NCBI GenBank assembly: GCA_000934665.2 | Contig: JYFJ02003290.1 | Coordinates: forward strand, 1 to 43,832 | Direction of reading: 5' to 3' | Length of the DNA: 43,832 nucleotides | From: Catajapyx aquilonaris | Lineage: Eukaryota | Part shown: one piece after another, positions 19,755 to 37,220 of the stretch | How the letters are laid out: every line of letters starts with the position of its first letter | How positions within the stretch are numbered: the stretch's first letter is position 1 | Translations under genes and position numbers: made by a program | The notes under the pieces: model-generated | Databases searched by the model: none | The model's input: the letters and a program-made list of their open reading frames with translations, nothing else | What the model was told of the DNA's origin: nothing

Positions 19755-20668
19755 CATCGTATCATCGTGAAGCTGGTATTTGAGGCCGCCTGTAAAGTAG
19801 GTATAAGTCGGCAGCTGCGCAGCCTTGACTGTCCCACGGAATGTGAAAATGTAAAAGTAACTTATTTTTATGCTCGCTTTCACGTGATCACGAACATTCC
19901 AGTAGGAGCAGGAGATCATGAAGTTGTCCGATATCATCTGAAATCATTATTGTGGTTTAATTTCAATCTTAAAATATATGTGTGATTTTCACTCAGGTAC
20001 CTTGACCGACTTAGGCAGGGTGTCATCATCTTTAATCTGTGTCTGTCGTCGTAGTAAAAACTACGAATTTTGCGAGAAATCTTGTACTTGTGGCACTTGG
20101 ACCCGCCGCAATAGTCGTAGCCCCAAAAAAGGAGAAAAGCGGTCTGACGTAATCGTCGTTTAGTTCGCAGTATGTCTCTCTTTTCCAGAGGCCTGCAACA
20201 TGAGGGATGACAAATACACAGTACAAGCTATTACCCTATACAATCATAGATGAAAGTGATGGACAGCCCACATACTGTATATCGCTCAACATACGGGAAG
20301 AGGTTGGGAAGAGGTTATTGCTTTTTCACGCCATCAACCAATTAAAATTAAAATCGTGTGGTTGTTTCTAACAACTGTGTTCACTTCTAACTGGTTGTTG
20401 GATTGACCAATCCCTAACTCTGGCCCCATCTGCCATCTTCCATTCATGGACTGTGGGTTTGAGCCGGTTTGAGCAGTGCACCTCACTCTGTATTATCAAT
20501 AACCTACCTGAAAAGAATAATTATCCTTCAGATTGGCCATGATCGTCACATCGGCCATGTCTCCGTCTTCCATGATTTCTATCGGACTCTTGGTCATCGC
20601 ATGAACCGATTCCTTCCTTCCGGTTCCTCGGTTGGACTGTTCCACACAAGAGGGAAATAGTCCCATTC
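19755..20668 (-). pseudogene. Carboxylesterase relic (exons 6-8 only), paralog of the gene at 25015-29431
   Basis: Remnants MTKSPIEIMEDGDMADV, GLWKRETYCELNDDY and ISDNFMISCSY with indels. Exons 1-5 and 9-10 are absent; flank ~19460-19690 matches ~24680-24895. Confidence 0.9.
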
Positions 20669-21786
20669 CTAAAAGCAAGTATAACCATTGCGCCAATGTG
20701 AAACTATTTTGACACAGTGTAAGAGTATTTAACTACAGTCAACAAGACCGGCAACCTACCGCCCGAGTTCGAATCCTAAAACAGTTTGTTGCTATCGTTT
20801 TATGCCCTGATACTTGTTCACGGACGGATAGACTTTTCTTGAAGAGAAAATATGTACAATATGAATCAGTCATAAAAATACAACAAGGGAATGAAATAAT
20901 TTTGGAGAGGGAAATAAATTTGGTGGTTTATGAATAGAACTGGACCTCCTCTTTGGAAATGTTGCACATATATGGAAATGTTTTAGGCATCTAGCACGTG
21001 CTCTGTGTTATGTTCCAACGCAATTAGCCTACTCGTCTATAACATTACACGCGCAAAGCAGATACATGGAATGTAGAACTGGAATATGAATATGCATTGT
21101 TGCATTTATGAATAACTTTCACTATTTGAACTCTTGCTGAGTTTCACTGATGAGAGGGAGTCAAGTGAAGCAGATTAAGGTAAAATAGAGATTACAGTTA
21201 GATTAATAGTGTGATCCGTGATTTATTTCAGAAAGGTTGTAGAAATAACGACCGATCTGTAACCTTTATATAACTTACATATGCTGTATAATTTTATGCA
21301 TAACAGCTGCATCTGCAGTTCTTCATGCCGAATGTGGCGAATGTGCCAATGTGGCATTCAGTTAGCTTATGAGAACTACAACAAAGTGATGGTATATGGC
21401 TTGTTAGTCCATTCCAGAAAGGTGTAAGTACTGCATTTAATTTAATAAATAATATCGAGGTGCTTATTAATCATGCATTCTAATGTCATGCCTTTTCTTC
21501 AATCATTAACAAGAATTTAATCATGTTATATGGATAGTTTAAAAAAGACTTGCCACCGCTTGCCACCCTCAATAAGGGCACTTTATGTGTTTGCAAGCTC
21601 GGAAGAAATGGCGGCATTTGAAACAGACAGACAAACATGATTCACAAAATAATATGCATTATATTGCTTTCAGTATGACGAGTTTTACAATAAAGTTTTT
21701 AAAAACAATAAGTCACTTGAACCAGATGATTGAAGGTATCACGAATATTGAATTTTTGTTATCTTACAGTGATTACTAGGTACACA

Positions 21787-24335
21787 ATGGCAACGATGTT
21801 TGTACTGAGTGGAATATTTTGGCTGAGCCTCATTGTTGATGCTGTGAATCTGCCAAATGCACCGCTGATAAATAATAAGCCGGCCCTTACGCCGTGGGTA
21901 CCTCCAATAGAAACATGGATAAATGCAGACAACCTCGATGTCATATCAAACCTTGATCCATTATGGAAGGATGCATTTAAAGGGATCGAGTTACTTGTTC
22001 AGGCGCTAGCGGTACACTTTTTTATGATCAGTTTCTTTTGGTCTACAAAATTCTGCATCTAATCTACAGTATATGTATAACCTTATGGAAGTAAACATGA
22101 TATATTTCAGGGCCGAGTTACAGATGCAGGAGAAAAGTTGCTGATATGTAATGCTGGTTTGGCGGGAGTGACTGCCATTTCAGTGTGGATAAAAAGCGGT
22201 GGAAGCGAACGTCAGTTAACCTTAGCAGTGACAAACATCTGCATCCTTTTGCAACTCTACAGTGAGGAAGCATGTTACGGAATCATATCTCGGTACACGG
22301 TAATGCACATCATAAATTATATTTTGCTGCACAAATATCTTTCGCAATTACTACAAGTTTATTGTTCCTTCTTCACAGCCGGAAATCTACTATATAGGAA
22401 CTCATAAGACACTTGAACCAAACCGTGCTTGTGCATTGATTCTTCAGCCGTTCGGCTGTGGGTATCTGTATCCGCCTGAAGAAGAATGGGACATTGGTCA
22501 GGTGTGTGACAGAGAACCAGACTATGATGAGCACAAGTACGACTGTACGTCCACACCTGTCAAAATGATACAGTTTGCTGATATGCACTTGGAGTCGGAA
22601 TACATGCCTGGGGCTTCCACGACTTGCAAGTATCCAGTATGCTGCCGCCAGGACACGGGCGTGGCTACGACGCCTGAGCAGTCAGCAGGAGTCTGCGGCT
22701 CGTATCCTAATTGCGACATGCCTTACGGGACTATTACCAATGCTTTTATCCACGCCAGCGAGCATCATGCAGTAAGTAATGTAACAGTTAATCTTTGTGT
22801 CCGATTTTGGCACACGCAGATGATTTCTTCCAAAACTATTATTCTATTGTCCTACAAAATATGTTGTAGAAGGCTTGTTTCGTTGAAGGCAATTACATGA
22901 GATGTTGAGGAAGAGTTACTTTATTGAGGAGAATGACAAGAACAAAAATTTATTTGATTATATCGTTTTTTTTCTTTCACTAATTGTCAAATGTGTTCAT
23001 TATTTTATCAGGATGCGGAAATGATTGTTATGACTGGTGATCTGCCTTCTCATGCTTTATGGGACACTTCTCGTGAGGATTCTGAAAACATCTCATATAA
23101 CATATCTAACGCTTTGAAAGAGCACTTTCCCAACATGACAATAATTCCTGCTCTTGGAAACCACGAGGCTCATCCTGCAAACAGGTTCCACATTTTATGG
23201 GCAATATAACTAGGATTCCTTTATAATGCCTACTTTTCCTTAGTTACTGACACATTTGTTTTCTCGTCCTTTGTGCAATTTCTTTCAGTTTCCCATTTAC
23301 CTGGATACCAGACCCTCGCTTCAACCCATCATGGATTTACGAGACTGCTGCCAACGCGTGGTCAGCATGGCTGCCAAAAGAAGCACTGGACAGTGTCCGA
23401 AAGACCGGCTTCTACTCGTTTAAACCTTTCGCATCACGTCAGCTGAGGGTCTTGGGGTTGAACACCAACATGTGCTACACGTACAACTTTTGGCTTCTCT
23501 ATGACTGGGTAGATCCTGAGGGACACCTGAGATGGATTGCAGATGAGCTGCGGAAGGCGGAGAGGGCAGGAGAGATGGTGATGCTGGTGGGCCATGTTCC
23601 TCCGGGCAACGAAGACTGCTGGGGAATGTGGAGTCGTCATTTTGAAAAGATTACTAGCTGCTTCAGTAACATCATCGGTACTCAGTTGTACAGTCACAGC
23701 CATAATGATGAGTTTAAAATTTGCTACCGCGATGGGAAGCCTCGTACAGTTCAGCACTTAGGAGCTAGTCTCACGACGTATATGAACCTGAATCCTTCAT
23801 ACAAGGTTCTCTACATAGACCCCGAGACATGGGTAAGATCAAGACACGCTTGGCGCAATTTTGCGACATATTCCAGGTATTATCTTTCAGAGATTGTGTG
23901 ATTATGAGACTTGGACGTACAATCTGACTGAGGCCAATCTGAACGGCGGTGTGCCCAGGTGGTATCGCCTCTACAGTGCCAAGCAATCCTTCGGGTTGAC
24001 TTCTCTCTCGCCTCAGAACTTTCATCTATTGGTTCAAAACATGATTTCCAATGATACCCTTTTTCAAGAATATCAAAGGTGATTTACATGTTCGGAGTTT
24101 TATATTTACACCATAAATACTGCGTATATTTTCATCAAGTCAATTTTTCGTTTCTCACAGGGTGTATTGGCGAGATTCTGAACTAGGACTGGAACAAGAT
24201 TGCGACCCTACCAACCCTGATTGTAAAAATAAACACCTTTGCCGCCTTGTGACTTGCAACTGGAGGAATCAAGAACAATGCCGAAATATTCACCTTGAAA
24301 CAACTTTTTCTTTCTTGCCATTCTTGAAGCCATGA
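21787..24335 (+). CDS. Acid sphingomyelinase-like (SMPD1 family) copy 1; exons 21787-22011, 22111-22299, 22379-22771, 23012-23184, 23289-23832, 23891-24078, 24161-24335
   Basis: Signal peptide, saposin-like Cys pattern, FADMH, CKYPVCCR, TGDLPSH, LGNHE, LNTNMCY..NFWL, DPEGHLRW, GHVPPG, SHSHNDEF, TTY.NLNPSY, WYRLYSAK. The frame is open. Confidence 0.9.
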
Positions 24336-24666
24336 AATTTCCATTTGTACAATTATAAAATGGCATGATAAAATTAGGTTTTATTCGGTTTTATTTGTGT
24401 AATCTCTGTACAAGGGTAAATCACTCGTCAAGTCCGTTGTACGGTATAATGCACCAAGTCCGACCAAGTCCGGGCCCAAGTCCCTGTATCACATTATGAG
24501 TAGAGAAATAAATAAAAAATTTCAGGATAAGATTTTCTCTTTTTATTTCAACAATGCCGAAATATTCACCTTGAAACAACTTTTTCTTTCTTGCCATTCT
24601 TGAAGCCATGAAATTTCCATTTGCACAATTATTATAAAATGGTATGATAAAACTAGGTTTTATTCG
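24274..24666 (+). repeat. Local direct duplication of the sphingomyelinase copy 1 3' end (24274-24387 and 24550-24666)
   Basis: Near-identical aacaatgccgaaatattcaccttg...ggttttattcg occurs twice. Confidence 0.9.
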
Positions 24667-25014
24667 TTGTGTATTCCCAGCATAGGTAAGAGTTCAGGAT
24701 TGAAGACAAAACCTCCAAAGAAAAATGACTACTGTGACTACTGCAAGAAGTGACTTTTAGGATATTGTTCTCAATAATTTCTGATACTCCAAACTGGTAT
24801 TAATTTTATAACTTCCTTACGAATTGGATTACGAAAAGGCACAGGTGCATACCAATAAATTACTTGAGATCAGGCTTCTGGAGCATGAACGTGTGGTTTC
24901 ATACATCATACTATACAGTCCATAATAAACATCACCATTATAAGACATCTACACAAGCGAGTAGGTCAAATGAAACAGTGAAAATGGGTAATGCTTAATC
25001 TTACTTTATTCCCA

Positions 25015-29431
<4,417 letters not shown>

Positions 29432-30530
29432 TGTAACGCTTGTGCTCGAAGCACACTGAAGAGCCTGAGACCTATGCCCCCCTTTTTATTAAGACCGATC
29501 TGGAGCAACAGTCCTGAACATGTGTTGTTTATTGGAAATTTTATTAGTGCACTCAGGTGTTCATGGTACATTTTGCAAAATGCAGACGAATGTTTGTTGC
29601 GCGATGTTGAAACGTGCAATATGTGCAGGCGAGGGTTTCGAATAAAATGAAATGTAACAACAGAATTTCTAATAGGAGGGAAGCATATTTGCCCGCACCA
29701 TTTACAACCTTTTTGAAGAATGTCATTTCGATTACGAGACTGCAACTGACACCAAGTAACATTTCTCTACAGTCGTCGTTAACATTTTACTATTGCACTG
29801 CAATATACAATATAGGTTTTTCTGAATCATTATCTAACAACCGCCCCCCCCCCCTCTCTCTTCTCTCTCTGCTGCTTATTTAAGCAGGATTAAAGTAAAT
29901 ATCTCTTTTCATCTTTCTCAAAAACATACCACTGTGCGATACGCCGATAGTCGAGAACCGTTGATATATGGAATGCAGTTTTATCACAACAAACAGCAGG
30001 CACGCAGATGTTCATGTTTTCGAACTGAAATCAAGCAGAGGGTATGAAATACTGGACACTGTACATTATAGTACATACCTAATAACACATAAGAAGTCTA
30101 AAATTTGCAAAATATTTTTAATATACAGGGTGGGAGTTTTGCCATGGTTTTGCATAGTAGCACATGTAGCACGTGCTACGGGCCACCTGCTGGTAGGGCC
30201 CGCGCGCTGATGCGTACACTTACGTGTATGTACGTGTACACGCTGCACGCTGGTTATATTAGAAATTTTTCGTAAGCATTGCAAAATAATTATCTTGGAC
30301 AGTACATTCGCACAATATAATAAAGATTTATTTGCTTGAGTGGATGAAGTTTAGATGGAGGCAAAAGGGTTTACATGGGGGGAAAAAGGATGTGCGGGTT
30401 TCACCAAGACTGGGGAGAAGTTGAAGGGGCGAAAATTTTGGGACGAAAGGAACGAATAAAACCGGCCGGCTTATCTTTCCGCGCCAGTCGGAAATCAGAT
30501 GTCGTCAGATGCATTCAATTAGGAATCCCG

Positions 30531-30712
30531 ACTTATAACTGAAACCTGTTAGATAAGAAAATTGAGGGGCTCAGTGCCAGAGGTGCCTAAGGGCCATTTA
30601 CAGTGTTTGTAGGAATTCAATGTCAAAGATCATTAAAACACGCAAATGGTGCTTAGGCACCTCTGGAACTGAGCCCCTCCATTTTCTTATCTAACAGGTT
30701 TCAGTTATAAGT
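30531..30712. repeat. Inverted repeat with 61-bp arms (59/61) and a 60-bp spacer; probable MITE
   Basis: 30531-30591 versus 30652-30712. Confidence 0.85.
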
Positions 30713-31357
30713 ACCCGTGTGTACACTTTATAGTGTGAACCATGAATGAATTCAGAACGGTTGCCCAACTAACGAGTAAGAGATAGGGTGAGTACTTTAT
30801 CACAGTCACATGTCGATTTGCATCCTTTTCAAAGCATACATATGCTATAATAAATATGCGTAATTGTTGTGTCAGCAATATTTTTAATCATATACGTATA
30901 GTACAATAGTATAATAAATGCCATATGGTCGAAACAATGCAATAATGCAGTGCAATAATGCAATAAAGTAGCTGTCATTGTACAACATAATGTATTCTTA
31001 ACCTTCAAAACTATAAAAAAGATACGTTGGGTTGTGTCGGGGACACAAGCCGCAGGTTTTGACGTGAATGCGTCTTTAAAATGGGTATTGGGGGGCATGC
31101 ACGAAAAGTCGACCGTTGCGGAGTGAATGAAGTAGACACTTTGGGCAATCCGAAGAGACACTGACCTGCATAGACCCCGAGGCGGTCCCTGGTCGGCAAC
31201 AACAACAACAACAACAACACAACAACAGCGGTGGTGGTGGTGGAGGGAGCAGGATAGTGTGGAAACAATATGCGGTTCCGGATATGTACCTGCTGGCTGC
31301 CTGTAGTATTTCAGGAATGGTAACTTTCTCACGGGCCTGCGATAAAACAATTGGGGT

Positions 31358-31750
31358 GAGTTTAATGTTTTCATCACTGAATTCAAGGCTACTATTCATG
31401 TAAAGGCATGCAGCCCATGTTCGATTTGGAAACACTGCGATAGTGACCCCTGGTAGCCCCACGTCCACATATGTTCATATGTGTTCGAAGAACTGGCGTA
31501 GCGAGTTTCGCGTTTTTATCACCGAATTCAAGCCCTCAATGTTGGGTCCGTTAGATCTGGCAACCATGCGAGTGACCCACATCGGGGTCAGTCATCATTC
31601 ATGGCCCCACATCCAGACATGTTCAGAAGTGTCCAAAGACCAATTGTGGCGAGTTTCATGTTTTTGTCACCGAATACAAGGGCCTAAAAACTAAAAAGGA
31701 TGCTGCACCTGGTAGTTATGGCAACCCTGCGAAAGTGACTCATAATCACA
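31358..31750 (+). repeat. Degenerate tandem repeat, ~146-bp period, 3 units
   Basis: gagttt...tcacYgaat.caag at 31358, 31503 and 31651; ggcaacc.tgcga..gtgac at ~31428, 31559 and 31721. Confidence 0.6.
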
Positions 31751-33105
31751 CGGTGGGGAATATGTAGGTACTGTACCATCACATGATGAATTGATGATCC
31801 AATCATTTTCCGAACAGTGGCGTAGATTTTGCAGATTTTGATTATTATTATCGACTGCCAAATATTTTCTGAACACTGCAAAATGATCTGAACTGTTTGG
31901 AATGTGGTCAAAGAAGTTTCAAATGAGTTCTTGCTGGAGAATGATGCACGGAAATGGCAACGAAAATGTCAGTTCAAACTCTGGCAAAGTCACGAAGCAA
32001 ATCATGGTCCGATCCTTGCACAGTACCGTACGGAATGAACGGAATAGCTCTATCCTTTCGTGTTGTTTGCCCGTCAAGCAGATGAGGCTTGAGGGTGGCT
32101 ATTCCTACGCAGGATAAAGTGAATCAATATATTCACGGACGGATAGACTTTTCTTGAAGAGAAAAAAATGTAGAACTTGAATCATAAAAATACTACATGA
32201 GAATAAAATTTTGGAGAGGGAAATCAAGCTCTTGATTTATGAATAAAACTGGAACTCTTCTTTGCATATGTTGCACATGCATATGAAAATATTTTAGGCA
32301 CATCGCCCCGTGCTCTGTGTTATGTTCCAGTGCAATTAGCCTATTCGTCTAACATTACACGCGCAATGCAGATGCATGGAATGTAGAACTGGAAATATGA
32401 ATATGCCTGTTCATTGTTGCATTTGTGAATAACTTTCACTCTTTGACTCTTGCAGAGTTTCACTGATGAGAGGGAGTCAAGTGAATCAGATTAAGGTAAA
32501 GTAGAGATTACAGTAATGTTAGATTAATAGTGTGGTCCGTGATTGATTTCAGAAAGGTTGTAGAAATAACGACCGATCTGTAACTTTTATAACTTACATA
32601 TGCTGTATAATTTTATGCATAACAGCTGCGTCTGCAATATTTCTTCATGGCGAATGTGACTCATGTGCCAGTTAGCTTATGAGAACTTCAACAAATAGTG
32701 ATGGTATATGGCTTGTTATTCAATTCCAGAAAGGTGTAAATACTGCATTTAATTTGATCACTAATCTCTAGGTACTTATTAATTACGCTAATTTCATGCC
32801 TCCTTTCTTTAACCATTAACAACAATAAATTTAATCGTGTTATATGGATAGGTAAAAAAAAGACACGCCACCGCTTGCCTCCATCAATAAGAGCTCTTGA
32901 TGTGTGTTTGCAAGCTCGCGAGAAATGGTGGCATTATTTTGGAACAGACAGACCGAAATACATTCACAAATAATATTATACATGATATATTATGACGCGA
33001 TTTACAATAAAGTTTTTTAAAACAATAAGTTACTTGATCTAGATTATTGAAGATCTATGACAAATTTTGAATTTTAGGTATCTTCTAGTGATTCCTACAT
33101 ATATA

Positions 33106-35641
33106 ATGGCAACGATGTTTGTACTGAGCGGAATATTTTGGCTGATGCGCCATATTGTTGATGCGGCGAATCTGCCACGTGGACCGCTGTTAAATCAACC
33201 GGACCTTACAGCATGGGTACCTCCAATAGAAACATGGATAAATGCAGACAACCTAGATGTCATAGCAAACCTTGATCCATTATGGAAGGAGGGATTTAAA
33301 GGAATCAAGATACTCTTTCACGCGCTAGCGGTACACTTTCTTTCTCTCAATTTCTTTTTGGTATATACAAAAACCTGCATTCAATCTACAGTATATGATA
33401 ATTATGTAAACCTTATGGAAATAAACATGATATTTCAGGGCGAAGTTACAGATGCGGGAGAAACGTCCGTGATGTGTACTGGTTGCCTGGTGGCAGTGAA
33501 TATCATTTCAGTGTGGTTAGAAAGCGGTGGAAGCGAACGGCAGTTGACCTTGGCAGCGACAAACATCTGCATCCGTTTGAAAATCTACAGTGAGGAAGCA
33601 TGTTACGGAATCATATCTCGGTACACGGTAAAGCACATAATGATTTTTGCTGCAAAATTATCTTTCGCAAGCACTACAATTTACTTCTTCACAGCCGGAA
33701 ATCTACTACATAGGAACTCATAAGACACTTGAACCAAACCGTGCTTGTGCAATGATTCTTCAGTCGCTCGGCTGTGGGTATCTGTATCAGCCTGAAGAAG
33801 AATGGGACATTGGTGAGGTGTGTGACAGAGAACAAGACGGTGATGAGCACAAGTACTATGGTACGTCCAAGCCTGTCAAAATGATACAATTTGCCGATAT
33901 GCACTTGGAGTTGGAATACATCCTTGGGGCTTCCGCGACTTGCAAGTATCCAGTATGCTGCCGCCAGGACACGGGCATGGCTACGGCACCGGAGCAGTCA
34001 GCAGGAGTCTGCGGCTCGTATCCTAAGTGTGACATGCCTTACCGGACTATTACCAATGCTTTTATCCACGCCAGAGAGCATCACGCAGTAAGTAAAATGC
34101 AGCAGACAAGCTTTGTGTTCGATTTTGGAAGATGCAGAAAATTTCTTCCGAAACTATTATTAGTCCTACAAAATATGCTGTATAAGCTAGATTAGAAGGC
34201 TTGTTTCATTGAAGCCAATTCCATGAGATGTTGAGGAAAAGTTATTTTATTGAGAAGAATGACAAGAACAAAAATTTATTGGACTTTTTCTTTCACTAAT
34301 TTCCAAATGTGTTCATTATTTTTATCAGGATGCGGAAATGATTGTTATGACTGGTGATCTGTCTTCTCATGCTTTATGGGCCACTTCTCGTGAGCATTCT
34401 GCGAACATCCCATTAAACATATCGGACACTTTGAACGAGTACTTTCCCGACATGCCAATAATTCCTGTTCTTGGAAACCACGAGACTCATCCTGCAAACA
34501 GGTGACATGCTTCGACATTTTATGGGCAATATACTGTAATAATTACCATAATATACGTAGAATGCCTAATTTTCCTTAGTTACTGACACATATGTTTTTT
34601 CGTCCTATGTGTAATTTCTTTCAGTTACCCATTTACCTGGATACCAGACCCTCGCTTCAACCCATCATGGATTTACGAGACTGCTGCCAACTCGTGGTCA
34701 TCCTGGCTGCCAAAAGAAGCACTGGACAGTGTCCGAAAGACTGGCTTCTACTCGTTTAAACCTTTCGCATCACGTCAGCTGAGGGTCTTGGGGTTGAACA
34801 CCAACATGTGCCTCACGTACAACTTTTGGCTTCTCTATGACTGGGTAGATCCGGAGGGACACCTGAGATGGATTGCAGATGAGCTGCGGAAGGCGGAGAG
34901 GGCAGGAGAGATGGTGATGCTGGTGGGCCATGTTCCTCCGGGCAACGAAGACTGCTGGGGAATGTGGAGCCGTCATTTTGAAAAGATTACCAGCCGGTTC
35001 AGGAACATCATCGGTACTCAGTTGTACAGTCACACGCATAATGATGAGTTTAAAATTTGCTACCACGATGGGAAACCCTGTACAGTTCAGCATTTAGGAG
35101 CTAGTCTCACGACGTACAGGAACCTGAATCCTTCATACAAGGTTCTCCACATAGACCCTGAAACATGGGTAAGATCATGACACGTTTGATGTAATTTTGT
35201 GGCATATTACATGTATTGTCTTTCAGAGATTGGTTGATTATGAGACTTGGACGTACAATCTGACTGAGGCCAATCTGAACGACGGTGTGCCCAGGTGGTA
35301 TCGCCTCTACAGTGCCAAGCAATCCTTCGGGTTGACTTCTCTCTCGCCGCAGAACTTCCATCTCTTTGTTCAAAACATGATTTCCAATGACACCCTTTTT
35401 CAAGAATATCAAAGGTGATGTTCGGAGTTTTATATTTACACCATAAATACTGCTTATATTTTCATCAAGTCAATTTTTCATTTCTCACAGGGTGTATTGG
35501 CGCGATTCTGAGCTAGGACTGGAACAAGATTGCGACCCTACCAACCCTGATTGTAAAAAGAAACACCTTTGCCGCCTTGTGACTTGCAACTGGAGGAATC
35601 AAGAACAATGCCGAAAAATGAAGCTATTAAAACTATCTTGA
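33106..35641 (+). CDS. Acid sphingomyelinase-like copy 2; exons 33106-33330, 33439-33627, 33695-34087, 34329-34501, 34625-35168, 35227-35414, 35491-35641
   Basis: Same exon sizes and motifs as copy 1 (FADMH, TGDLSSH, LGNHE, GHVPPG, SHTHNDEF); saposin CTGC intact. Confidence 0.9.
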
Positions 35642-36456
35642 AGCCATAGAAATTACATTTGCATAATTATAAAATGGCATGATTAATCAATAGAACATTG
35701 GTGTAATAATCCCTGCATTAATATTCTGAATTATAGAGAGAATTTTATAAACTTCAGGATAAGATTTTCTTTCTGTTTGGTTTCTTCAGTGGTTCAGTTG
35801 GGTATAGGAAGTGTACCGTATTGTAAGAAGGCACCTTTTCACAACTAATATTATAGCAATAAAGCGCTAAGGGTTGTTTCAAGGGCTCAACTGTTTCGCA
35901 CGTAAATGCTGTACTGTACAAGGTGGGCCATACGAATCTTTACAATTTACCTCAATGTAATAATTATTAGGATAAAATGCAGGAAACGCACCAACTCGCA
36001 TCTCAACTCTGTAATAACTATGGAAGACTCACCTCCCTCATTCAGTAAACATTGAAAGTATTCAATATTTGCATATAAACCAGAGCAGAAATTTCCAGAA
36101 ATAGCGAGTTGTTTCGGGTTTTTTCCGAAGTCAGCGAAAGATTTGACAACAAAATAAGGATAGATCCGTTGTGATATGCAGTGCTGTGTCTTACCCGAGG
36201 GTAGCGTAGTTGATTATATAGTCAATTATACGAGATCAGACGACCGATAATTCTAATGGCAGGTAGGTATTAGGGAGCTTACATATCACAGTCGATAAAT
36301 AATCGTATATTGTAATAGACGTCATGTATAACGCCTGTAATGGCTTTAAAAATGTAGGCGATACCTGGAGAGCTGAATAGATCAAAATAATGAATAAATG
36401 GACTTCATTAATGCCGGTGCTTCACACCAGGCTAATTAATTATTACTTTATTCCTT

Positions 36457-36740
36457 CTAAAAGCAATCAGAAATACGACGATCAATTTTATCGCAAATTT
36501 TCATGCGCTTGGAGTCTGCACACTTGGCTGCAAAGTTATGTTGAAGTAATTGAAGGAGCGGTTTTGTCTACTGGCTTCCATGTGACCTCACATTGTTCTC
36601 ACCCACGCGGGGTAAGATTCCCATTCCCGCAAAAGTATAAGGTGAAAGCAATACTGTATAAGGATATGCGGTATATCTTACCCGAAGGCAGTGAAGTTTG
36701 TCCACAAGGCAGTCAGCAGGTCTGACATATTACGAAGTCC
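36457..36740 (-). pseudogene. Carboxylesterase relic (end of exon 9 and exon 10)
   Basis: Aligns to ~26593-26650 and 25015-25186; mutated acceptor, in-frame TGA and an indel. Intron 9 is only ~60 bp here. Confidence 0.85.
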
Positions 36741-36926
36741 CATAATATTATGTAAGTTATATGAAGGTTGCAGATCGGTCGTTATTTCTACAACCTTTCT
36801 GTAATAAATCACGGATCACACTATTAATCTAACTGTAATCTCTATTTTACCTTAATCTGCTTCACTTGACTCCCTCTCATCAGTGAAACTGTGCAAGAGT
36901 TCAAATACCGGTAATTTATATATTAT

Positions 36927-37220
36927 AATAATTCATACCCCGTTATCAGTCGGCGGCTCTTTAGGGTTGGGGGATATACTCGTATATATTATTTGACTGG
37001 AACTCTTCGTTTCGTTTTTTACTGCGCTTTTTGGGATAGGATAGGAAAGGAAGGAGGCGGCTGTGGCCTATTAGTTTAGGAAACAACTCCGGAATTCCCC
37101 TGGAGGAACCGTGGGAAATCACAGAAAACCACGGTTAGAGTTGTCGGCACCGGGATTCGAACCCAGGACCTCCCGATTAGCAGTCGGATACCATATCCCC
37201 TCCGCCACCACTTCTTCGGT
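36927..37220 (-). mobile_element. tRNA-derived SINE with intact head
   Basis: Minus-strand A box TGGCGGAGGGG (37197-37207), GACTGCTAATC anticodon-like loop, B box GGTTCGAATCC (37153-37163); 17-bp TSD GGTAATTTATATATTAT (36910-36926, 37221-37237). Confidence 0.9.

Noticed and set aside
30829..31468. 185-aa and 130-aa minus-strand ORFs with poly-V, poly-C and poly-P
   Set aside because: Driven by (CAA)n and (GGT)n microsatellites at ~31197-31245.
37140..37215. tRNA gene
   Set aside because: A and B boxes are present, but it continues into a repeat body with a TSD and has a second copy, so it is a SINE head.
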